Assembly: GCA_046485285.1 (NCBI GenBank) | Contig: JAWOHE010000089.1 | Coordinates: 43,432-107,431, forward strand | Source of the DNA: a bacterium | GTDB taxonomy: Bacteria > Hydrothermota > Tepidihabitantia > Tepidihabitantales > Tepidihabitantaceae | Direction of reading: 5' to 3' | DNA length: 64,000 nt | Part shown: positions 9,466-17,295 of the stretch, one piece after another | How the letters are laid out: each line of letters begins with the position of its first letter | How positions within the stretch are numbered: position 1 is the stretch's first letter | Translations under genes and position numbers: made by a program | The notes under the pieces: generated by a model | The model's database searches: none | Told to the model about the DNA's origin: nothing | Seen by the model: the letters and a program-made list of their open reading frames with translations, nothing else

Positions 9466-9670
9466 TGTCGAACGAGCGGCCGGGAGGAGACTCCCGGCCG
9501 CCTTCGTTCAGGCGGATGAAATGAGGAACCGCGATGCGTCAGGAGGCCCAACGCACCGCGGTTCCGGTCCCCATTCAGAGTGCAGGTCGTCGGGCGGTGA
9601 GGAGCGCGACACCACCCGGTGAGAGAACCTCACTCTAGCTCGGTCAGACTCTCCTAAGCCCTATGTATGC
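9466..9670 (-). ncRNA. Putative sigma54-dependent structured sRNA (~200 nt)
   Basis: Lies downstream of the -24/-12 box. Hairpins at 9591-9618, 9525-9565 and 9476-9501; the first two have mismatches that become G.U pairs only on the minus strand. CUCCU in loops. Confidence 0.5.
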
Positions 9671-9679
9671 GCTACTGAT

Positions 9680-9697
9680 ATGCACAGAGCGTACCAA
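9680..9697 (-). promoter_or_regulatory. sigma54 -24/-12 promoter
   Basis: Minus strand TTGGTACGCTCTGTGCAT (GG-N10-GC). Confidence 0.7.
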
Positions 9698-9722
9698 AGT
9701 CTGGCGATGGTGTCGCTGCGTC

Positions 9723-9735
9723 TAAGTCATTGATA
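9723..9735 (-). promoter_or_regulatory. IHF binding site
   Basis: TATCAATGACTTA matches WATCAANNNNTTR and lies between the UAS and the sigma54 box. Confidence 0.7.
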
Positions 9736-9792
9736 ACAATGCACAACTTCAGAACTGGTAGATGTGACAGTAGACATCAGCTCGCCTGCGCC

Positions 9793-9825
9793 GCCGAAAT
9801 CTGCTGTTCGACTGCCGAAATCTGC
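9793..9825. promoter_or_regulatory. Putative activator UAS (direct repeat)
   Basis: GCCGAAATCTGC twice, 21 bp apart (two helical turns), ~125-155 bp upstream of the predicted TSS. Confidence 0.55.
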
Positions 9826-9852
9826 ACGGCAGCTGGTGACGAAGGTGGCGAG

Positions 9853-11439
9853 CTAGATGCCGTACTCGGCGATTCTCCGCCGCAGTGTGTCGCGGTGGAG
9901 GCTCATCATCTCGGCGGCCCTGGTGATGTTGTTTCCGGAGCGCTCGAGAGCCTCGATAATCGCGTGCTTCTCGATGGCCTTAATACTAAGGCTCCCGACG
10001 AGTCCCTCGAGGGTCTGCCGTCGCTCGGGCCGGGGTGCCCGCTGGCCGAGAAACCGCATCACACCGATGGTTGAGATGACGTGGCCGACCGAGACCGCCG
10101 CGCTGCCGTCGTACTGGGCGCGCTCCCAGGCCTGCTCGAGCAGCGCCCGGAGGGTGCGGAAATTGCCCCTGAAGACGTCATTGTCACCGCTGATGTACTC
10201 GCCGACGAGCTGGTGGACGAAGCGGGCCGCGCCCTCGTCGACCTCGATCGGCCGGGGCCGGCGGGGGCTGGCGTTGCGCTCCGCGGCGACGAAGCTGAAG
10301 AACTCGCGGACGTCGGACTCGACGACCGCGGGGGTCTCATCCTGCCAGCGGTCGATGAGCGACGGGACCGGCAGGCACTGCTGGACGACCCGGCTGTAGA
10401 AGTCGGGCCGGAAGCTGACTACGAGTTCGTCGATCGTGCGGTTGGTCGCGGCAATCACGCGCATATCGACCGGGATCTCGCTCGAACTGCCGACGCGCCG
10501 GATGCGGCGGTTCTCGATGGTCCTGAGGAGCTTGAGCTGGACCTCGGGGCTGATGTCGCCGATTTCATCGATGAACACGGTCGAGCCGTTGCCGTACTCG
10601 AAGACGCCCTCGCGGTCGCCGGTCGAGCCGGTGAACGCGCCCCGGACGTGGCCGAAAAGCTCGGACTCGATGAGGTTGCGGTCGAGCGCGGCGATGTTGA
10701 CGGCACAGGGCAGGCCGCGGACCGGGTCATCGGGAACGCAGCGCAGACTGCAGCGGTGAAGCGCGTTGGCGACGAGTTCCTTGCCGACACCCGGTTGGCC
10801 GAGTATCAGGACGACCGAGTCGGCAGGCCCGAGCCGTTCGATTTCGTGGGCGAGGAAGACCATCCGGCGCGAGCGGCCGACGACCATCCGGTGCTTCGCG
10901 CGCCACTCGGCCCTGCGCTTCTCGTCGAGCAGCCGCATCGCGAAGGCGTCGACCCGCTCGGCGAGCGGCTCGAGGTCGGCCCGGTCGGGCGGGACGCTGA
11001 CCAGATGGCAGAGGCCCTGGGCCGGGTAGAGCATGAAGTGGTGGAAGCGACGCATGCGCTCGTCGTCGGCATCGCGGGACAGGAGCAGGACCGGCACGAT
11101 CGGGTCAATCCCGGTCTCCCGCATCAGCGCGTAGATGATCAGGCCCTGGAACTCGCGGGCATTGAAGTCTCTCGGAACAGGGTAATTCAGCTCGGGGTAG
11201 CCGACGAGCTTCCGCTCATCTTCGACCCCGGTGAAGTCAACGCCGATGACGACCGCGGACACGAACCGGTCCAGGTTGCGGACGTGCCAGTCGCGCAGGG
11301 ACTCGAAGCAGTCGAGGCCGATCAGCTCGAACTCGCGGCCGAGCCGTCCGTAGTCGAACGAGGTGATGGCGCTCGAGATGGCCTCGAGCCGACTGCTAAC
11401 CCCCTCGACGACGATGACGACCGGCAGTTTGGCGTCCAT
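9853..11439 (-). CDS. sigma54-dependent transcriptional activator (AAA+, Fis-type HTH)
   Basis: GQPGVGKE Walker A, ESELFGHVRGAFTGS, FIDEIG, RVIAATNR, GNFRTL, C-terminal HTH; atypical N-terminal receiver-like domain. Confidence 0.93.
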   Translation of the reverse strand: MDAKLPVVIVVEGVSSRLEAISSAITSFDYGRLGREFELIGLDCFESLRDWHVRNLDRFVSAVVIGVDFTGVEDERKLVGYPELNYPVPRDFNAREFQGLIIYALMRETGIDPIVPVLLLSRDADDERMRRFHHFMLYPAQGLCHLVSVPPDRADLEPLAERVDAFAMRLLDEKRRAEWRAKHRMVVGRSRRMVFLAHEIERLGPADSVVLILGQPGVGKELVANALHRCSLRCVPDDPVRGLPCAVNIAALDRNLIESELFGHVRGAFTGSTGDREGVFEYGNGSTVFIDEIGDISPEVQLKLLRTIENRRIRRVGSSSEIPVDMRVIAATNRTIDELVVSFRPDFYSRVVQQCLPVPSLIDRWQDETPAVVESDVREFFSFVAAERNASPRRPRPIEVDEGAARFVHQLVGEYISGDNDVFRGNFRTLRALLEQAWERAQYDGSAAVSVGHVISTIGVMRFLGQRAPRPERRQTLEGLVGSLSIKAIEKHAIIEALERSGNNITRAAEMMSLHRDTLRRRIAEYGI

Positions 11440-11703
11440 TATCGGCGCAGGTCGCGATCAGTCCCGGCAATCATCGCGAGGGAATTATATGCCGAAACGC
11501 CTATCTGGCAAGCGCCGGGCGCCGCCGCAGAGTTGTGCGCCGGGGCGACGGACCGCCGAAACCAGCGCATCGCCGGCCGCCGCTTTCTGCTGCCAACGGC
11601 AGGTGGGCCTGTTAAGGGATTCTCCTGACGCGGGGCGATGTCCGGCTTGACTCCCGGCACAGGTCCGGCAGACTGTCTTGTGATGAGGAAAGGAGCATCC
11701 ACC

Positions 11704-12282
11704 ATGTGTCGCATTCTCATTCTTGTTCTCGTGGCCCTGGCGGCGACCGGCTCCCTGTGCGAGCGTGCGCCAGAGCGGAACTGGGAACGCGGGGATTTTC
11801 GCCCCGACCCGGGCCGGGTCTGGGACCTGCCCGGTGACGTGCGGGTCAACAGCATCATCGGCTGGGAGGACGAGATCGTCAACTCCGAGCTGCCGCTGGC
11901 GCTGGCATTCCGCAACGACGGCAATGCCCCGAGGTCGGTGACGATGCCGGCCGGGCTGTGCTTCAGGCCGCGCGACCCGGAGTATGCCTGGATGATACTG
12001 CTCCAGGATTTCACCTTCACGGTCCCGCTCGACGACACGACGGTCTTGGTCCCGACCTGGTCGGCCAATGAGGAGCGGGACGAGCCTGACGACGAGTCGC
12101 CCTACGACATCGACCTGGTGGCCCGGGACCGGGAGATGAAGGAGCTGTTCGACCTGCTCGCCGGCAAGACACTCATTGACACGATTGTCGAACTCGACGT
12201 GGTCCAGGACGCGCTCTGGGAAGTCACCGACGGCGACGGGCTGACCGACTCGACCCGCGCCTGGCTCGAGGAACTGCCCTAG
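11704..12282 (+). CDS. Lipoprotein-like protein, thioester-domain-like paralog lacking the Cys
   Basis: Signal peptide plus GSLC; aligns with the 13942 protein (PAGL.F..W/F-S/C-x-N..P..VQDALWEVTD..GLT..L..LP). Confidence 0.7.
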   Translation: MCRILILVLVALAATGSLCERAPERNWERGDFRPDPGRVWDLPGDVRVNSIIGWEDEIVNSELPLALAFRNDGNAPRSVTMPAGLCFRPRDPEYAWMILLQDFTFTVPLDDTTVLVPTWSANEERDEPDDESPYDIDLVARDREMKELFDLLAGKTLIDTIVELDVVQDALWEVTDGDGLTDSTRAWLEELP

Positions 12283-12291
12283 CGGCAGGCG

Positions 12292-13872
12292 ATGGCGGCC
12301 TGGTTCCTTCTCGCAACGCTGGCCGCGGCGCTGTCCGGCTCGGGCGACGCGCGGGGCGCGGCCGGCCCTGCGCCGGTGAAGGAGCTTGACCGCGCCGAGG
12401 CGGTCACCCGGCCGGCGGCCGGCCGGCGGGCGGACGTCGAGCCGGGGAGCGGCAGGGTGGAGTTCGCCGCCGGGACGGTCGACACCACGGCGGTGAGCGC
12501 GTTCGGGGCCGCGGCGGACGAGCGCGGGAGGATATGGCTAGCGATCGCCGGCCGGGACGCGTGGCTCCGGGTCCTGCGGTCGGAGGACCTCGGGTCGAGC
12601 TGGGAGCAGCTCTTCACCTTCCCGACCGGCACCGATGTGCCGAGGGTGGAGGTCGTGACCGGCCCGGGCGACTCCGGGTGCGTGTTCGTCTTCTACCTGA
12701 CCGTTGCCCGGGCCGGCGACCTGCGGGCGCTGCGGATCGGGCCGGGCGAGAGCCTCGAGGTGCTGGACTTCGAGGTCGCGGTCGGGCCGGACACGATAAC
12801 CGCCTTCTCGGTCGCGGCCGACCGCGACCGCCACTACTACCTCTACCTGCTCTATGCGAACGAGACTCGCGCCGGCAACAACGCCAGCTTCACCCGGTCG
12901 CTTGACTATGGCAAGAGCTGGGAGATTCCCCAGAGCTGGTGGAACTGCCTCGACCCGTGCGTTGTCTACGGCTCGGGCTCGACGGTGCACTGCGCCTGGC
13001 GCTACGCGGCCAACGGCCGGGAGATCCACGTCGAGACGAACCGCTGGCACGGCCGGCCTCGGAACTGGTGGGGGCACGCGCGGGTGAGCCGTGCGGCGCA
13101 GAGCGTCGGCGAGCCGACGGTGGCCCAGCTCGACACCTGCAACGATGCCCGCGGCGCGACCTGGGTGGCGTGGACAGTCGCGGACCGGTCCGGTCGCCGG
13201 CGCAACATCGAGTACGCCCGGAGCGACGACGGCGGCGGGGGCTGGACCTACGTCGGGCCGCCCGCCGATGAGCCGTTTCTCGACCGCTGGGCGCCGGTAC
13301 TGGCCGCCGCGCCGGGCCGGCCGTACGGCCCGGTCCAGCTCGGCTACGTCGCGGGCCGGATCGGAGCGGACACGACCGATACGATGCCGGGCAGGACCGG
13401 GCTCCGGTGGCGGACGACGACCCACGCCGACCGCGCGAGCTGGTCGGCCGCGAGCGGCGTCGGCACCGGGCCGTTCGCATCGGGCCCGGGCGTCAAGCCC
13501 CGGCTGGTCATCCCGCCCGGCGCGCCCAAGGGCTGGCCGCTCGCAGTCTACAGCCGCCGCTCGCCGACCGGGGCGCGCGGGGTGTACGCGAGCGCGCCGT
13601 GGCCGGGCGGGTCCGAGGACGGACCGGTCGCCGACCGGGGCCGCGGGAGCGCGCGGGCGGTCCTGGCCGGCCGGACGCTACGGCTCGAGCCGGTGCCGGA
13701 CGGGCCGGTGCGGATCGAGCTGTTCGACGCGTCGGGCCGGCGCGCCGGCCGCACGGCCGTCGTCGCGGGCGGCGCGGCCGAGCTCGAGTCAGACCCGCCG
13801 GCCGGGACGCTGTTCGCCCGGGTGACCGGCTGGCCAGCGACCGTGACGTTGCGGGTGTTCGTCGCCCGCTGA
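12292..13872 (+). CDS. Secreted BNR/Asp-box repeat protein with sorting CTD
   Basis: Signal peptide; SEDLGSSW, SLDYGKSW, SDDGGGGW; CTD ELFDASGRR. Confidence 0.8.
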   Translation: MAAWFLLATLAAALSGSGDARGAAGPAPVKELDRAEAVTRPAAGRRADVEPGSGRVEFAAGTVDTTAVSAFGAAADERGRIWLAIAGRDAWLRVLRSEDLGSSWEQLFTFPTGTDVPRVEVVTGPGDSGCVFVFYLTVARAGDLRALRIGPGESLEVLDFEVAVGPDTITAFSVAADRDRHYYLYLLYANETRAGNNASFTRSLDYGKSWEIPQSWWNCLDPCVVYGSGSTVHCAWRYAANGREIHVETNRWHGRPRNWWGHARVSRAAQSVGEPTVAQLDTCNDARGATWVAWTVADRSGRRRNIEYARSDDGGGGWTYVGPPADEPFLDRWAPVLAAAPGRPYGPVQLGYVAGRIGADTTDTMPGRTGLRWRTTTHADRASWSAASGVGTGPFASGPGVKPRLVIPPGAPKGWPLAVYSRRSPTGARGVYASAPWPGGSEDGPVADRGRGSARAVLAGRTLRLEPVPDGPVRIELFDASGRRAGRTAVVAGGAAELESDPPAGTLFARVTGWPATVTLRVFVAR

Positions 13873-13941
13873 GGACGGGCTTGACGAGGCGGCCGGGCGG
13901 CCCGATACTCTGACCGCGCAACGAGCGCAGACGAGGAGCCA

Positions 13942-14577
13942 ATGATGAGCCGCAACTACCGACGGTCGGCCCGACTCGCCGCCGTCGCCCTCCTGGCGGC
14001 GGGCGCGTTGCTGATGGGTGGTGCCGAATGCGACCCGTTCCTGGACGGGGATTTCGAGCCGACCGGGACGCCGTTCAGCCTGAACTCGAACCTGGAGCTG
14101 ACGAGCATCACCGGCGGACCGCAGCCGGTGCCGACCGGCACCTACACGATCGACATGACCTGCCGGGCGACCGGCGGCGCGCCGGCGAACCAGGCCTTCC
14201 CGGCCGGGCTGTTGTTCAGTTCGACGAAGAACCGGGTCCAGCACGTGGTCGTGCTCAAGTCGCAGAGCGCGAACTTCGACGTCGCCGGGAGCCGGCGGTC
14301 GGTCGGGGTATTCTGCTGCAACCGGTTTCGGCGGACGCCGGACCAGCTCGACACCTTCGACCTCGGGCCGGTGACCGACAACGGCCAGCTCCAGGAGATT
14401 GCCGCGCTGGTCGGCGCCAAGGACATCTCGGGCAACGCGAACCTGTGGCTGGTCCAGCGGGCGGTCTGGATGGTGACCGACTCGACCGGGCTGACCCAGG
14501 CCTACCGCGACTCGCTGGCCGCCCTGCCGGCGGCGATGCCGCGAGGGCCGGGTCGGGAGTGGATCGCGCGGCAATGA
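13942..14577 (+). CDS. Lipoprotein with thioester-domain-like motifs
   Basis: Lipobox-like GAEC; FCCN..P and VQRAVW motifs; TTGACG-17-GATACT promoter. Confidence 0.72.
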   Translation: MMSRNYRRSARLAAVALLAAGALLMGGAECDPFLDGDFEPTGTPFSLNSNLELTSITGGPQPVPTGTYTIDMTCRATGGAPANQAFPAGLLFSSTKNRVQHVVVLKSQSANFDVAGSRRSVGVFCCNRFRRTPDQLDTFDLGPVTDNGQLQEIAALVGAKDISGNANLWLVQRAVWMVTDSTGLTQAYRDSLAALPAAMPRGPGREWIARQ

Positions 14578-15956
14578 GCGAGGCGGTCGGTATGCGCGCG
14601 GTCCTCGAGCAGGCGCTCGCCGGGCTCGCGGTCGACTACGCCGACCTCCGGGTCGAGGAGACCGAGCGCTCGACGGTGCAGTACCGCGGCGAGGAGCTCG
14701 AGAGCGTCGGCCGCAACTTCGAGCGCGGCGGCTGCCTGCGGGTGTTCCACCGCGGCAACTGGGCGGTCGCGTCGTTCAACGGGATCGACGAGGGACTGGC
14801 CGGGCTCGCCCGGGAGCTCGCGCGGCAGGTCGAGGAGCTGCCGGCACAGGAGGGGATGGTCGCGCCGTTGCCGCCGCACGTCGAGACGGTGCGGCTCGAC
14901 CCGGCGCACGACCCGCGCAAGCACGGCCTCGCCGAGAAGCGCGCGCTCCTCCATCACTACAACAGCATCCTGACCTCGACGCCGGGCATCGTCTCGACGG
15001 TCGCCCGCTACCTGGACGAGCACCGGTTCGTCTCCTTCCTTTCGACGGAAGGGCGGTACCTCGACCAGGAGTCGGCCGACTGCGGGTTCCACGTCCGGGC
15101 GGTGGCGCGCGACGGCGCCGACATCCAGGACTACGGCGACGGGTTCGGCAAGCCCCAGGGGTTCGAGGCGCTCCGCCACAAGGAGGCGCTGGTCGAGCGG
15201 GTGGCGAAGGTGGCGCGGGACCTGCTCAAGGCGGAGCCGGTCGCGGCCGGCCGCTACGCGGTGATCGTCGACCCGCTGCTGGCCGGGGTGTTCTGCCACG
15301 AGGCGTTCGGGCACCTGGCCGAGGCGGACCACGTCGCCGACAACCCGCAGCTCCGGGAGATGATGAAGCCGGGGATGAGGCTCGGCGTCGACGAGCTGAC
15401 GATTGTCGATGACGCGACGGCGCCGGGCGAGCGGGGGAGCTTCCGGTTCGACGACGAAGGCGCCGCCGCGGCGCGGACCGAGCTCATCCGCCACGGCGTG
15501 CTCGTCGGCCGCCTGCACGACCGGCAGACCGCCCAGGCGATGAACGAGCCGCCGACCGGCAACGGCCGGGCGCTGTCGTACCGGCACCCGCCGCTGGTCC
15601 GGATGTCGAACACCTACATCGAGCCGCGCGAGGCCGAGCTCGACGACATGCTCGACCGGACCGAGCGCGGGCTCTACGTCTGTGGCAGTCGGGGCGGGAT
15701 GACCGAGCTCGAGAGCTTCACCTTCTCGGCCCAGTACGCGTGGCTGGTCGAGGATGGCCGGAAGACGCGGATGGTGCGCGACGTGACGCTGGCCGGCAAC
15801 GTCTTCGAGACGATGAAGAACATCACCGACATCGGCGACGACCTGGTGCTGTTCGGCGGGCTGGGCGGGTGCGGCAAGGCCGGGCAGGGGCCGCTCCCGG
15901 TCGGGCTGGGCGGTCCACACCTCAGGATCCGCGACGTGACGGTGGGCGGGAGGTGA
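14574..15956 (+). CDS. tldD: TldD metalloprotease
   Basis: HEAFGHLAEADH, FDDEG, RMSNTY, GCGKAGQ, PHLRI. Confidence 0.93.
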   Translation: MSEAVGMRAVLEQALAGLAVDYADLRVEETERSTVQYRGEELESVGRNFERGGCLRVFHRGNWAVASFNGIDEGLAGLARELARQVEELPAQEGMVAPLPPHVETVRLDPAHDPRKHGLAEKRALLHHYNSILTSTPGIVSTVARYLDEHRFVSFLSTEGRYLDQESADCGFHVRAVARDGADIQDYGDGFGKPQGFEALRHKEALVERVAKVARDLLKAEPVAAGRYAVIVDPLLAGVFCHEAFGHLAEADHVADNPQLREMMKPGMRLGVDELTIVDDATAPGERGSFRFDDEGAAAARTELIRHGVLVGRLHDRQTAQAMNEPPTGNGRALSYRHPPLVRMSNTYIEPREAELDDMLDRTERGLYVCGSRGGMTELESFTFSAQYAWLVEDGRKTRMVRDVTLAGNVFETMKNITDIGDDLVLFGGLGGCGKAGQGPLPVGLGGPHLRIRDVTVGGR

Positions 15957-17263
15957 CGGTGCGGGCGGACGCGATACTGGCGATGGCCCGGCACCGGGCG
16001 GATGCCGCCGAGGTCTACGACGAGGAGTCGGACCGCACCGTCGTCGAGTTCCGGGGCGGCCGGTTCCAGTCGCAGGTGACGCGACTCACCCGCGGCTGCG
16101 GGCTCCGGGTCATCAAGGACGGCCGGCTAGGGTTCTCGTCCTCGACCAACGACGAGCGCTACGACGAGCTGGTCGACGCGGCGCTCGAGACCGCGGTGCT
16201 GGGCCGGCCGGCGGCGTTCGGGTTCGCCGGGCCGGCGGCGATGCCGACGGTCGCCGCCTGCGAAAGCCGGGTGATGCTCCACCCGCTGGCGCGGATGATC
16301 GAGTGGGGCCGCGAGCTGTGCGCGGCGATGCGGGCGCGGGTGCCGGAGCTCGCGCTCGACCTGGCCTTCGACCGGACCTGGCACGAGACCCGGGTCCGGA
16401 CGACCGCCGGGCTCGAGGCGGAGTCCGCCCGGGCGACGTTCGAGCTGGCCGCGAGCGGGGTCATCGCCGGCGACGGCATCTTCTGGCTACCGGAGTACGT
16501 CAACCTCTCCGACGGCCGGCACTTCGACCCGGGGCCGCTCTGCGACCGGCTCGAGGCGGCGGCACGTCGGGGCCGACGCCGGGCCCGGCTGGCGAGCGGG
16601 ACGCACCCGGTCATCGTCCTGCCACTGGCGCTGCCGGCCCTGCTCGCGCCGCTGCGGGCCGGGGTCGACGGCCGCCAGGCCGCCCGGCGTACCTCGCCGC
16701 TTGCGGGCCGGGAGGGCGAGCGGATCCTCGCCGGCGTGCTGACCATCAGCGACGACCCGCTCCGGAGCCACGGGCTCGAGAGCACACCGTTCGACGGCGA
16801 AGGACTGCCGGCCCGGCGCAACCCGCTGTTCGAGCGCGGGGTCTTCCGGGGCTTCCTGCACGACCTCGCCTCGGCCGCGGCCGTGGGCGCGGAGAGCACC
16901 GGCTCGGCGCGGCGCGACTACGCGAGCCCGCCCGGGCCGGGGGTGAGCAACCTCGAAATCGAGCCGGGGACAACGCCGCTCGAGCAGGCGATCGCGGCGA
17001 CCAGCGACGGCCTGCTGGTCGCCGGCTTCGTCGGCGACGGGCAGTCGAACGTCCTCGCCGGCGAGGTCGCACTCAACGCGACCTCGGCGTTCCGCATCGA
17101 AGGCGGCGAACTCGCGGGCCGGGTTAAGGACGCGATGGTCGCCGGCAACGTCTATGAAATGCTCGCGTCGGTGGACCTGGTCGGCGCGGAGGTCCGCGAC
17201 CTCGGCCGCCAGTTCCTGCCCTGGCTGCGGTTCCCGGCGCTGAGAGTGGCGACCCGGGACTAG
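15953..17263 (+). CDS. pmbA: PmbA/TldE partner subunit
   Basis: GLRVIKDGRLGFS, PFDGEG, STGSA.R, AGNVYEML; no HExxH; GTGA coupling to tldD. Confidence 0.88.
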   Translation: MTVRADAILAMARHRADAAEVYDEESDRTVVEFRGGRFQSQVTRLTRGCGLRVIKDGRLGFSSSTNDERYDELVDAALETAVLGRPAAFGFAGPAAMPTVAACESRVMLHPLARMIEWGRELCAAMRARVPELALDLAFDRTWHETRVRTTAGLEAESARATFELAASGVIAGDGIFWLPEYVNLSDGRHFDPGPLCDRLEAAARRGRRRARLASGTHPVIVLPLALPALLAPLRAGVDGRQAARRTSPLAGREGERILAGVLTISDDPLRSHGLESTPFDGEGLPARRNPLFERGVFRGFLHDLASAAAVGAESTGSARRDYASPPGPGVSNLEIEPGTTPLEQAIAATSDGLLVAGFVGDGQSNVLAGEVALNATSAFRIEGGELAGRVKDAMVAGNVYEMLASVDLVGAEVRDLGRQFLPWLRFPALRVATRD

Positions 17264-17295
17264 CCGGGCAAGGACCTGGAGAACAGGAGGCGACA

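Noticed and set aside
9466-9670. CsrB-like plus-strand RNA (GGA motifs in loops)
   Set aside because: The promoter elements and the G.U wobble polarity both favour the minus strand.
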